Below are positions 1 through 11,760 of a stretch of 64,000 nucleotides of DNA, one piece after another. The position numbers were made by a program, and so were the translations under genes. Each line of letters begins with the position of its first letter. Positions within the stretch are counted from its first letter, which is position 1. Under the pieces are notes generated by a model. It made no database searches, was not told the origin of the DNA, and was given only the letters and a program-made list of their open reading frames with translations. Source of the stretch: Eledone cirrhosa (lineage: Eukaryota); NCBI GenBank assembly GCA_964016885.1, contig OZ024758.1, forward strand, positions 19,220,001 through 19,284,000, given 5' to 3'.

Positions 1-17
1 TATAGATAGACATATTA

Positions 18-257
18 TATTTATTAAAATAACGGATTAAAGTTTAAGTAAATAATCGCTGCTTTCACCCTGAACGGGATCTTCTGAAAATGAGTTTGAG
101 AAGATCCCGTTAAGGATGAAAACAGCGATTTTTTTTATTAAACTTTAATATGTTATTTTAATAAATATTTGGTCTACGGTTCTTATATATCTGATATATA
201 TTTATCCTTATCGAGCCCTCTTTGGATTTTAGTCTTCAAATTTATTATTATTACTAT
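18..257. mobile_element. Fold-back copy of small non-coding family B (short left arm, long right arm)
   Basis: AATCGCTGCTTTCACCCTGAACGGGATCTTCT...AGAAGATCCCGTTAAGGATGAAAACAGCGATT inverted repeat; the long arm ends ...TTTGGATTTTAGTCTTCAAATTTATTATTATTAC into TA; related copies at ~5052, ~16970, ~22275, ~54001. Confidence 0.75.
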
Positions 258-261
258 ATAT

Positions 262-371
262 ATAACGAAGGAATTGTGGTAAGGAACTAGATGGACCATA
301 AAGAACCAAAGTACTCCATACTTAAGGTAGTAGAGTGGGTAATAGGAAAAAGTATGGGATCATACTTTTTC
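262..371 (-). mobile_element. 3'-terminal fragment of Penelope-like element family A
   Basis: Reverse complement of the terminus at 41300-41438 (GGTAAGGAACTAGATGGACCATA...GTAGAGTGGGTAATAGGAAAAAGTATG); TA-flanked. Confidence 0.75.
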
Positions 372-681
372 ATATATATATATATTCATGTTTATATGTA
401 TGTATATATATATATATACATATATATATATAAATATATATTTATATATATATATATATATTGTTATACTTGGGGAGGGTCATATTTGCGTAATATTGCC
501 AGAATTAATAACAGAACACACTCACTGTTTGGTTGGTTTTCGCTTCTCGCTGTCTTTTATTATATCTGCGATCTAACTTACTCGGTCCTCAATGTTGCCA
601 TTGACTGACCGGCGGTCAAAAATAATACAGATACAATATAGACACAAACACATATATATATATATATAGTTTACATAATTT

Positions 682-722
682 ACATAAATCTTTCGTTGCA
701 CATCTGCAACATCGTCAGTGGT
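682..722 (-). ncRNA. Minimal type I hammerhead ribozyme motif (weak stems I/III)
   Basis: Minus strand CUGACGA-U-GUUGCA(GAUG)UGCAAC-GAAA. Confidence 0.6.
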
Positions 723-1002
723 GTTATATTCATTGTTCCTCCTGTTGTGTTGTATGTCTACGCCATTTTTTTTTGTTCAGTCTGTCTATATATTTATTTA
801 TTTATTTGCTTGTTTGTTTATCTTATTTTATTTTGTCTTCTTTGCGCATGCGTTTGCGTGTGTGTATAGTGTTATGTGTGATGTGTGACTAGTGTGTATA
901 GTGTTGTGTCTGCTGGGTGACTAGTGTGTGCTTATGTGCTTGTTGTTATTGTGCTTGTGTATGTATTTATTTATCTTATTTTATTTAATTTTATTTACTT
1001 AT

Positions 1003-1359
1003 TTATACTTCTCTTAGGTCAGTGTTGTTTGTTTGGGTGTTGTTTTTGTTCCACTCATTCTTTCTGTTTAGCTTTGGTCTTCTAATTTCTATTTCACTGG
1101 CCTCTCTGATTTGCCTATCTGCTGGGTCATTCCTATGTTTAGATATTATTCTAATTTCTATGTTGTCTATGTTACCGTCATGTTGTTGTCTAGCATGTTC
1201 GTATAGTACTGACCCGTTTTTTCGTCCTTTTAGTTCCCCCCAGTGTTGGTCTATCCTTTCACCTATGCTACGAGCTGTCTCACCTATGTATGTTGTTGTC
1301 AGGTTTCTGCAAGTACCCTCTGTACATCTTATGCTATAGACTACGTTTCTAGTTTTACA

Positions 1360-1360
<1 letters not shown>
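1003..1360 (-). pseudogene. Penelope-type GIY-YIG endonuclease fragment
   Basis: CKTRNVVYSIRC...YIGETARSIGERIDQH...LYEHA...IREASEI...PKLNRK; VVY/YIG, catalytic R, H, E and LN motifs; the start is lost in (TA)n. Confidence 0.9.
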
Positions 1361-1399
<39 letters not shown>

Positions 1400-1546
1400 C
1401 CACACACAGAAAAATATATATAACACTATTATAGAAATGTAATTCTGGTTATGAATGCTAGATTCAAAACGATCTATATTTAAACAAAGTTAGAATTTGA
1501 TTTTTTGCATTTACATATCGGATTACATAAAGGTATTTATGAGTTT

Positions 1547-1577
<31 letters not shown>

Positions 1578-1785
1578 GATTTCTTTATTTCTTTATTTAT
1601 TTATTTATGCATTTAAAACTACTAGTAACGTTGTTTGAACATGAAAAATAGTATTATATCCATACGTGGTGTACTTAAACCCTGGAAACGGAATAATATC
1701 TCCAGGGTTTATATGGCCAAATATTTTCGCAATCTTCCATAGACAAACAATGATGATGCTGCTTTTAAATTAACACACAGGCACA

Positions 1786-2122
<337 letters not shown>

Positions 2123-2200
2123 TGTGAAAGAAAGGCGTTAGCGAGAAAGAAAGGTTCGTCAAAGGAGAACGCAGTGTCACATCTTAAAACATGGAAGCCG

Positions 2201-2507
2201 ATAATAATAATAATTGTTTCTACTTTTTGGCACAAGGCCAGCAATTACCCAGTGCATTAATGGTACTTTATTTCATCGACCCCGTAAGGATGAAAGGCAA
2301 AGTTAATCTTGGCAGGATTTGAATTCAGAATGGCAAGGACCGTAACTCTATGCGTCAAAGCATGGCGTCCGACCCCCTACCGATACTGCCAAAATAATAA
2401 TAATAATAATTGTTTCTACTTTTGGCACAAGGACAGCTATTACCTCACGGCATTACTGGTACTTTATTGTATCGACCCCTTATGGATGAAAGGCGAAATT
2501 AACCTCA
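2201..2507 (-). mobile_element. tRNA-derived MetaSINE/MESC-type SINE, tandem pair (second copy partial)
   Basis: Reverse complement of consensus TGGCAGTATCGG...GAGTTCAAATCC...GCCTTTCATCCTTACGGGGTCGATAAAATAAAGTACCAG...GTAGAAACAATTATT. Confidence 0.85.
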
Positions 2508-3010
2508 ATAATAATGATAATGATAATAATAATGACAATAATAATATATCACAACAGAGTACGACAACGAGAAAGAGGCGGTGTTCAGAAACGGATAAGA
2601 AATGAGTGTGTGCGTTTGGGAATGTGAAATCGAATTGCACCGAAAGTGAATCAATGCCAATTATTTACACACAGCTGACCACTTAATAACTTGCACTGCC
2701 TGACCAACACTAAGTACAAGACGACATAATGATTTCATTTGTTAAACTCCCGCTTTTTTTATTATAATAATACTATTATTACTACCATTAATTTTATTAT
2801 TTTTACTAATGTGATTTTATTTCTAGTTTTGATGAGATGTTCCAAGATTTCTTAAAATATATTGTTCTGTGTTGTTAGTATCGAATCGAATCCAATGCAA
2901 TTCATCGATGCCATGAGATGTGGGCGAATTTTGACTTTTGTGTGATTTCCATCGATTAAATCGCGTAGAAAAATCGCGTATTTTTTATTTTATATCCGTG
3001 TGTGTATAAA

Positions 3011-3043
<33 letters not shown>

Positions 3044-3341
3044 GATAACAAGTTGTCGTTTTATGTAATCCAGTTAGAGGTTGTGAATGCTCTGTGCTAT
3101 TGATAGTTTTAACGTACGGCGTTGTTCGACTCAACAAGAGAGGTTTCCTTAGTGAGGTAGCGTGTTTTCGAGAATTCCCATGCAGGTTATTCTTAAAGTA
3201 ATAGTAGTGAAAGAGTGAATAATCATATAGTCGGCTGTACAACAAGGGCTTTATTTACAGTATTCTCTAACCACTCGGCCACACGCCTTCACAATATATT
3301 TGTATTTCTTGAGGAGACTTTCCAAATATTTATGTTTTATA

Positions 3342-3417
3342 TTGCCTCGTCCGACGAACGAATGAAGACGTTTCTTTCGTATTCGCCTTATTCGGGAAAC
3401 CTCTGGTAATGGGGTAA
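3342..3417 (+). ncRNA. Variant type I hammerhead motif (core CCGACGA)
   Basis: Stem I UUGCCUCGU/AUGGGGUAA, stem II CGAAUGA/UUAUUCG, GAAA, stem III ACC(UCU)GGU, GUA cleavage triplet; U4 to C change. Confidence 0.5.
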
Positions 3418-3562
3418 TTATATTGTATTGGTGTTTTTTTATACATTAAATTTTGCTCTGGTACTTACATAGAGCACTCTTCACTCCTATGACTTTTTCT
3501 GTTTTTCAACGGAAACTTCAAAACTTATATATATATATATATGTATATATGTATATATGTAT

Positions 3563-3692
3563 ATTGAGGACCGAGTAAGTTAGATCGCAGATATAAAAGA
3601 CAGCGAGAAGCGAAAACCAACCAAACAGTGAGTGTGTTCTGTTATTAATTCTGGGAATATTACGCAAATATGACCCTCCCCAAGTATAACAA
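3563..3692 (+). mobile_element. Family P1 terminal fragment
   Basis: Reverse complement of 461-592; ends GACCCTCCCCAAGTATAACAA; TA-flanked. Confidence 0.85.
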
Positions 3693-3696
3693 CATG

Positions 3697-3749
<53 letters not shown>

Positions 3750-3751
3750 TT

Positions 3752-3812
<61 letters not shown>

Positions 3813-3814
3813 TA

Positions 3815-4040
3815 TATAAGATCAAAATATGGTTAAATGATTTCCATGTATTTTATTATGCGCATTTCAAAAACAAATATCATCATGCAATAACATTTGT
3901 GTTTTCATCAGATAAAATAGGAGGACATGATATGAAGGTTAAAAAACACTTGTGGATAGTGCAGTTTTAAATCAACATATAGTGCTTCTTATCCGGTATC
4001 TGCATTGCTTTATTGTACTACAATAAAACTCACCTCCTAC
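3815..4040. mobile_element. Family D element (minus-strand hammerhead arm plus plus-strand terminal arm)
   Basis: Shares sequence with 21020-21362; ends AATAAAACTCACCTCCTAC into (TA)n. Confidence 0.8.
3849..3919 (-). ncRNA. Type I hammerhead ribozyme motif (family D)
   Basis: Minus strand UAUUUUAU-CUGAUGA-long stem II-GAAA-UGCGCA-UA-AUAAAAUA. Confidence 0.75.
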
Positions 4041-4155
<115 letters not shown>

Positions 4156-4309
4156 CATATATATATACATATATATATATGTATATACATATATATATAT
4201 ATATATATACATATATATATACATATATATATATGTATATACATATATATATATATATATATACACATATATATATGTATAGATATATATGTATATATAT
4301 ACACATATA

Positions 4310-4347
<38 letters not shown>

Positions 4348-5051
4348 TACATACCAGGGACAGCGGAACTGAGGGGGTCAATAATTATATTTTTCTCCCA
4401 AACTACCAAAACACACATCTATGTGTATATACGCTACAATATATGTACCTGATTTGTACAGTCAGATGGAATAGTTAGACGTGTTTGTGCGAATTTCGAC
4501 TACGTGTACGTTTATTTCAAGTGACAGAACTTTCTGTATAGTTGTATGTTTATTTGTGAAAATGTGTCTAAGCAATAGAATGTGTTTCTGGCCTTAAGTT
4601 TGCAAGAACATAAATATCGATACATATCTAAATATACGCAGCTGAAAGTATTCACAATTAAATCTAGGCGCATAAATATTTAGAAGCACAATACGTATAC
4701 TAAGTATATGCAGCTGAACTTATGGACAATTAAACATATGTACATTTAATATTTAGAAGATCTAACAATATAAAATGTAGACATTTACAAACATATGCAT
4801 ACACTGAAATATCTGTTTTTCCTTACATATGGCGACAGGTGTAGGCTTGCACATACATTTATAATAAAAATATTAATATATATCACATGCCATCACAGGA
4901 GGAGGAATGACAGGGTCATTCTACTGACATGTGTGAGAGAGGCTGTTTGCATAATTGCAAAGGAATCGAATATTATCATTAATATTCGAAACACCCAGAT
5001 TATATTTATTGTATTCAGCCTATGTAGAGTGAGAATTATAATTTATATATA

Positions 5052-5285
5052 TATAATAATAATAATAATAAATGTGAAGACTAAAATCCAAAGGGGGGTC
5101 GATCAGGATAAATATATATCAAATATATAAGAACGATAGAGCAAATATTTATAAAAATAACAGATTAAAGTGTAAGCAAAGAATCGCTGCTTTCAACCTT
5201 AACGGGTTTCAGATGCTGTCAACGGTGAAAGCAACGATATTTTGCTTAAACTGTAAGTAATCTGTTATTTTAACATATATAGCTT
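5052..5285. mobile_element. Family B fold-back copy
   Basis: GAAGACTAAAATCCAAAG...GAATCGCTGCTTTCA...GTGAAAGCAACGAT...TAATCTGTTATTTT. Confidence 0.7.
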
Positions 5286-5592
5286 TTCGACATAAATATT
5301 TGTTATATTTGTTATATATACATATATATATATCAAATATTTATCCAATGGGTGGTATCCTGTGTCAGTGTCCATTGGCATAGACTCGTGTTTACTTTCA
5401 TTCAGAGAAAACGTAGTCTGAAATATAAGAAACTGTGAGTATACAAATGGCATTCTACTGATTTCAACGGTAACTGAAAGATCATCTGAATATGCTGTTC
5501 TTCATGCATAATGTGGATAGGCGCTTTACTCATAAATATTAAGGTATCATTAATATATCTAAATATGAGATGAGAATTTGTATTTAAATGTC

Positions 5593-5775
5593 AGGATTGG
5601 CAGTATCGATAGAGAGTCGACACAATACTTTGGAGCATAGAGTTACGTTCATTTATGATTTGAGAACAAATCCTGCCGGGGTTAACTTGGCCTTTCTTCC
5701 TTACGGGTTCGATAAAATAAAGTACCATTAATGTACTGGGTAATTGCTGGCCTTGGGCCAAAAGTAGAAACAATT
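5593..5775 (+). mobile_element. MetaSINE/MESC-type SINE
   Basis: GGATTGGCAGTATCGATAGAG...CGATAAAATAAAGTACC...GTAGAAACAATT. Confidence 0.8.
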
Positions 5776-6074
5776 GTATTGTTAACTATAATGTTTAAAC
5801 AATCATGCTAACGATTGTGTAAATGGAGGAATATGTTTGTATTTACCAAGAAAAAAACCACTCACCAGATTTTCATCTCGAGTCTTAGTCTAAAAATAAA
5901 CATTTCTAATCTCACTATATTTATCACAAAAGACTGTTTGATATATTCAATGCTTGACATTTCAATGCTCATTTCCATATAACAAAATATATTATCAATA
6001 TCGGATTATATATATATATATATATATATGTATGCAAATACATACACACACACATACATATATATATCTATATA

Positions 6075-6400
6075 TATTTACGTATAGGACGGACCATATG
6101 TGCATAAACACACATGCACCGGGTTGTATTATGACAGTATTGTGTTAACTCAGTGTAGAAGAACAGAGCCGTTATATGTAAAAGAAACCAAAGAACGCTT
6201 ACATACTCAAACAGTTTGTACTTGCTTACAATGTTTCATCCATACCGTTTGGTAGGAATCCTCAGAGCTTAATAAACACAGTGCTGAGCATAAGCTCCAC
6301 AAAGCCTAGTCACACGAACCACGAACAATCGGAATGCAATAGAGGGTACAGGTAGGGATATCGAAGATGGCGAACAAGGAGGGCTACATGTTGGGGATGT
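6075..6400 (-). mobile_element. Hammerhead-bearing element family E (second copy at 21576-21890, +)
   Basis: Reverse-complement homology to 21576-21890 over ~310 bp; 3' end abuts TA-rich microsatellite. Confidence 0.75.
6224..6268 (-). ncRNA. Minimal type I hammerhead motif (family E)
   Basis: Minus strand GCU-CUGAGGA-UUCCUACC(AAAC)GGUAUGGAU-GAAA-CAUUG-UA-AGC. Confidence 0.65.
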
Positions 6401-6772
6401 TAAGCACCACTGCTAAATGCCAGGGCACAAGCAGTTTTCACTTAATTTGTACAATTAGTACAGTATCACTATTATTGTAGATGGTTGGCGTTACGTCCTT
6501 AATATTAATGGCGAATGATTTTGGATCATATATAACAACTTATTACTATAACGAGGAGGGTCATTCCACCACTCGCCCCAATGACTTAGTCCCACAGACT
6601 CATTGGGGCGTATATAGTTAATAGTTGCGTGACTTGCGTACACTGCACACTCCCCGCCCTTGGTAATACATACATGTCATACCGGGATTGAGAGCACCGT
6701 GCTTGCACATTAGGAATTTATATAAATATATATATATATTATGCATATAAATATATATATACACACACGCAC

Positions 6773-6826
<54 letters not shown>

Positions 6827-7042
6827 GTTAAAGATGTACATCCATATATGTATACTGAAATACTAGTATGTATATGAATACACACACGTATACATATGTA
6901 GATGTACCAAGTTTTTTCACTGGTCACTTTACTGTGAGTGGCCAGCTATTCTGTATGTAAACACACAGACAATCCGGTTTTTAGAGTCATACTGGTTTTT
7001 GAGGAAACACCTTTCCTCTATTCTCCAGAAAGCCAGACAAGG

Positions 7043-7087
7043 AATATTGAACTAGTTTCGTTGTTGTTACAACTCATCAGCAATATT
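7043..7087 (-). ncRNA. Minimal type I hammerhead ribozyme
   Basis: Exact reverse complement of 7514-7558. Confidence 0.88.
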
Positions 7088-7513
7088 TACCTATCTTCCG
7101 GCCTCTCTAGAGAATCGTAAAAGCACATATCGTTATATGCTTTTTCTATGAAAATTAGTAGTGGGCATACTAATTTGCATAGAGTGTGATTAAGTACCGG
7201 TTCAACGGAGACGATAAAAACAAATAACGAAACGAAATTAAATTTTGTTTCATTTGTAACTCACTTTTGTATGACTGACGCTTAAACAATTAAGTTAAAG
7301 ATGTACATCCATAATTAAATTGTACATCCATAATTTGTACATCCATGTACATCCATAATTTAATTTCGTTTCGTTATTTGTTTTTATCGTCTCCGTTGAA
7401 CCGGTACTTACTCACACTCTATGCAAATTATAATGCCCACTACTAATTTTCATAGAAAAAGCATATAACGATATGTGCTTTTACGATTCTCTAGAGAGGC
7501 CGGAAGATAGGTA

Positions 7514-7558
7514 AATATTGCTGATGAGTTGTAACAACAACGAAACTAGTTCAATATT
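7514..7558 (+). ncRNA. Minimal type I hammerhead ribozyme
   Basis: AAUAUUG-CUGAUGA-GUUGU(AACA)ACAAC-GAAA-CUAG-UU-CAAUAUU: 7-bp stem I, 5-bp stem II, palindromic stem III ACUAGU, predicted cleavage after 7551. Confidence 0.9.
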
Positions 7559-7847
7559 CCTTGTCTGGCTTTCTGGAGAATAGAGGAAAGGTGTTTCCTC
7601 AAAAACCAGTATGACTCTAAAAACCGGTTTGTCTGTGTGTTTACATACAGAATAGCTGGCCACTCACAGTAAAGTGACCAGTGAAAAAACTTGGTACATC
7701 TACATATGTATACGTGTGTGTATTCATATACATACTAGTATTTCAGTATACATATATGGATGTACATCTTTAACTTAATTGTTTAAGCGTCAGTCATACA
7801 AAAGTGAGTTACAAATGAAACAAAATTTAATTTCGTTTCGTTATTTG

Positions 7848-7888
<41 letters not shown>

Positions 7889-8087
7889 ATATATTTATAT
7901 ATATTTTGTATATATATATAAGTATATGTATATATATATATATTTGTGTATATGTTTTAATGTATTTTGTATATGTCTTTTTATGTATTTTGTATATGTG
8001 TATATGTGTAGATATGTGTATTTCTGTAGATGCATTTGTATATGTTTGTATATGTGTATATTTATATGTAAATATATATATATATAT

Positions 8088-8399
8088 CGTTATACTTGGG
8101 GAGCGTCATATTTGTGTAATAATAGTGCCAGAATTAATAAGAGAACACACTCACTGTTTGGTTGGTTTTCTCTTCTGTGTCTTTTATATCGGTTAATTTA
8201 ATTTATTCGGTCCTCAATGTTGCCATTGACTGACCAACGGTCAAAAATACAGATACAATATAGACACAAACACATATATATAGTCTATCAAAGTTCTTTC
8301 GTTGCACATCTGCAACATCGTCAGTGTTGCTATTATGTTTCCTCCCGTTGCATTGTATGCTTACGCCATCTTTATTTAGTCCAACCGGAATAACTTACC

Positions 8400-8400
<1 letters not shown>
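8088..8400 (-). mobile_element. Family P1 terminal repeat copy with hammerhead core (~8285-8330)
   Basis: Collinear with 461-770; minus strand CUGACGA-U-GUUGCA(GAUG)UGCAAC-GAAAGAACUU. Confidence 0.8.
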
Positions 8401-8454
<54 letters not shown>

Positions 8455-8458
<4 letters not shown>

Positions 8459-8645
8459 AAGGAGTTCTGGTAAGGAACCAGATTGACCATAACGCCCCAG
8501 AGTACTCAATACTTAGGGTTGTCGAATGGGTAATAGGCGAAAATATGACCCCGACGGCAGAGTTCAAGTCGTTTCGACGGCTATTCCTAGTTCAGAAAAA
8601 GCCCTCGAAATAACTTGAGCTCTGCCGTCGGGGTCATACTTTCTC

Positions 8646-8647
<2 letters not shown>
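8455..8647. mobile_element. Family A inverted pair in (TA)n
   Basis: ATGACCCCGACGGCAGAGTTCAAG ... CTTGAGCTCTGCCGTCGGGGTCAT. Confidence 0.8.
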
Positions 8648-8737
<90 letters not shown>

Positions 8738-8808
8738 GTAGGAGGTCAGTTTTATTGTAGCACAATAGATATATATATACACACATATATATATATACAC
8801 ATATATAT

Positions 8809-8842
<34 letters not shown>

Positions 8843-8877
8843 TCACACACACATACACACATATATATATATATATG

Positions 8878-9298
<421 letters not shown>

Positions 9299-10074
9299 CG
9301 TCTTTTACATTATGTTGCCCGATAAAGCACTAAACAGAATTTCACAAGTTTCGCGACCTTCAAACTGGTTTACGTGTTCCTTAGTGCAATATACAATGTT
9401 ACATGAAATATATTTGAAGCGTTATATGATTATAAGTAATATGTTAATAAATTATACATGTTTTTATATTGAATGTTAGAGTTGCATATACAATCGACAT
9501 CTTATAGATAAGGTAGTCATGTTTGCCTTGCCTTGCTTTGTCTTGTGTTTCTATTTTTATTTATTAGTTTCGTTGGTTATTTTAGATGTTTATTTATACA
9601 TATATTCTTGTTTATTTTTTATATATGAGACGCGATCGAAACACTAACTGTAATTGTATAGATATATGTTGCTGATGTAAAAGCAGAAAAAAATGTTAAA
9701 AAATACAACAACAATGATACTATTGATTTTATAACATTGGCTTAAGACCAAACATTTCGATAGAGGGTTACAGTCAATTTCAAAGACCCTCCAGCTCTAA
9801 TCTCAGATCTTGTTTAAATGGGTATAAATGGATACTCAACTGTGTTTTTGTTCCTCCTACGCTCTACTGCTTATACTAATCATTGCATTACAGAAGCTTT
9901 ACTTAGGTTACCGTTTTCACTAACGGATCATTACGCAATGCGTTCAAATCCCGCCAATGTCAGTTTCAATATTCAACCCTCCAGGGGTCGATAAAATAAT
10001 GTACTATAACGATACTGGATTCTATTGAATCTTTTATCTTATATAAATGCATGATATTGTGCCAAAATTAGAAG

Positions 10075-10340
10075 TCCCGAGATACTTGAACTTCTCCACT
10101 TGTTTTAGTGGAAACACATTCATATGAAGAGTCGAATACACAGGTTTCTTCGGGAGGGCGAGTATCTCAGTTTCCGCCGCTCTAATTATCATTCCTTTCG
10201 TGAAACCCTCGGCAGAAATCCGATCAAGTGCATGTCGCATATTTTCAGACGAAATGAGTACTACAATGTCGTGGAAAACATTCAAGTCGATCTTATAAAT
10301 AGTCAGACTTGGCCCCAATTCCATATAGGCTACACTTGTC
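10075..10340 (-). pseudogene. RTE-clade LINE reverse transcriptase fragment
   Basis: DIVVLISSENMRHALDRISAE...GMII...ETEIL...LKQVEKFKYLG resembles RT domains 5-7; the catalytic FADD is decayed. Confidence 0.75.
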
Positions 10341-10673
10341 AATCTGGTCCATGGTGTATATGAACAGAAGAGTTGAGTGTATGCACTCTTTGTAGAGTCC
10401 GATACTCAAATTGAATGGTTTCGATATAGCATCATTTACCGTCGAGATAGGATAGTAGCATGATACTCTGTTAATATGTAGATTTTTTCCTGTAAAAGCG
10501 ATATACTGTAAAAAGCAAAACAACGTTTGATTCTTATAGCAACATATAGACGCGCTTGCATACACACAGACAGACACACACACACGCACACACACACATA
10601 CAAACAAACAAACAAACAAACAAACAAACACACACACACACACGCATACACACACACACACACACACACACAG

Positions 10674-10706
<33 letters not shown>

Positions 10707-10779
10707 GAGGTTGTCCCAAAAATATGAATAGGGCATTCCAATGAATATTTCCTGTACAGGTAATCAGAGTGTGTATGCT

Positions 10780-10979
10780 NNNNNNNNNNNNNNNNNNNNN
10801 NNNNNNNNNNNNNNNNNNNNNNNNNNNNNNNNNNNNNNNNNNNNNNNNNNNNNNNNNNNNNNNNNNNNNNNNNNNNNNNNNNNNNNNNNNNNNNNNNNNN
10901 NNNNNNNNNNNNNNNNNNNNNNNNNNNNNNNNNNNNNNNNNNNNNNNNNNNNNNNNNNNNNNNNNNNNNNNNNNNNNNN
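10780..10979. other. Assembly gap (200 N)
   Basis: Run of N, followed by (GA)n. Confidence 1.
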
Positions 10980-11051
10980 TAGGGAGAGAGAAATAGAGAT
11001 GTAGATATAGATAAAGAGAGAGGGAGAGAGAGATAGAAAGAGAGAGAGAGT

Positions 11052-11122
<71 letters not shown>

Positions 11123-11624
11123 TGGGACGGTTGTGGAGTTTGAGTGAGTATTACTGAAGTTGTTGAATGATAAATTTGTGGACGGTAGATTTGTTATGCA
11201 CGAGGAGATGCGAAGAAATGGAAAAAGATGGAATGATTGAATGGTAAAAATATAAAGAACAGCTTGAGGTGGAGACCGGTTATTGTTTTGAAAAGAAACT
11301 GACAATAAGTTGATTACTCTGTTGTTAGTGGTTAACAATAGGAGGTGAAGTTTAGGGTCATGCCTTCAGCTGGACTGCTAAGAGCTATTCAGTAGCCATG
11401 TTATGTTAATCGCAGGGAATAATTTCATTGCGTTTACATACTGAATAACTTAATGTAACACAAGCAAATACTTATCTCTATGTCCTTTTATTGCATACGT
11501 CTGCTTTCATTCCCCATATATGTTTGTCGATGTGTGTGTATTCATAATGTATATATGCATATTTTTGATGCATATGTGATTATTTTAACATGAGTTTGTA
11601 TGTGTGAGCTCATATATTTTCATA

Positions 11625-11760
11625 ATCGACCCCAGTACGTTACTGCTGCTTAATTTTATCGACGCCGTATGTATGAAAGGCAAAGCTAACTTCGGTGGGA
11701 TTTGAACTCAGAACGTAAAGGACCGTAACTATATGCTGCAAAGCATGGTGTCCGACTCAC
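11625..11760 (-). mobile_element. MetaSINE/MESC-type SINE, partial
   Basis: TTTTATCGAC...ATGAAAGGCAAAG...GGGATTTGAACTCAGA. Confidence 0.75.

Larger units (their letters stand above)
461..1360 (-). mobile_element. 5'-truncated Penelope-like retroelement (GIY-YIG C-terminus, 3' UTR, hammerhead-bearing terminal repeat; family P1)
   Basis: Minus strand reads GIY-YIG ORF remnant, then (CA)/(CAAA)-rich UTR, then hammerhead core, then terminus GACCCTCCCCAAGTATAAC; (TA)n on both sides. Confidence 0.85.
6821..7852. mobile_element. Inverted dimer of a 467-bp hammerhead-containing unit (retrozyme-like), each arm slightly longer than one unit
   Basis: Arms mirror about coordinate sum 14601; direct repeats at 6821/7288 and 7357/7824 give period 467; (TA)n on both sides. 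Confidence 0.9.

Noticed and set aside
6938-7663. Twin 60-aa ORFs on opposite strands
   Set aside because: Consequence of the inverted duplication; GTG start, antisense to the hammerhead, no recognisable motif
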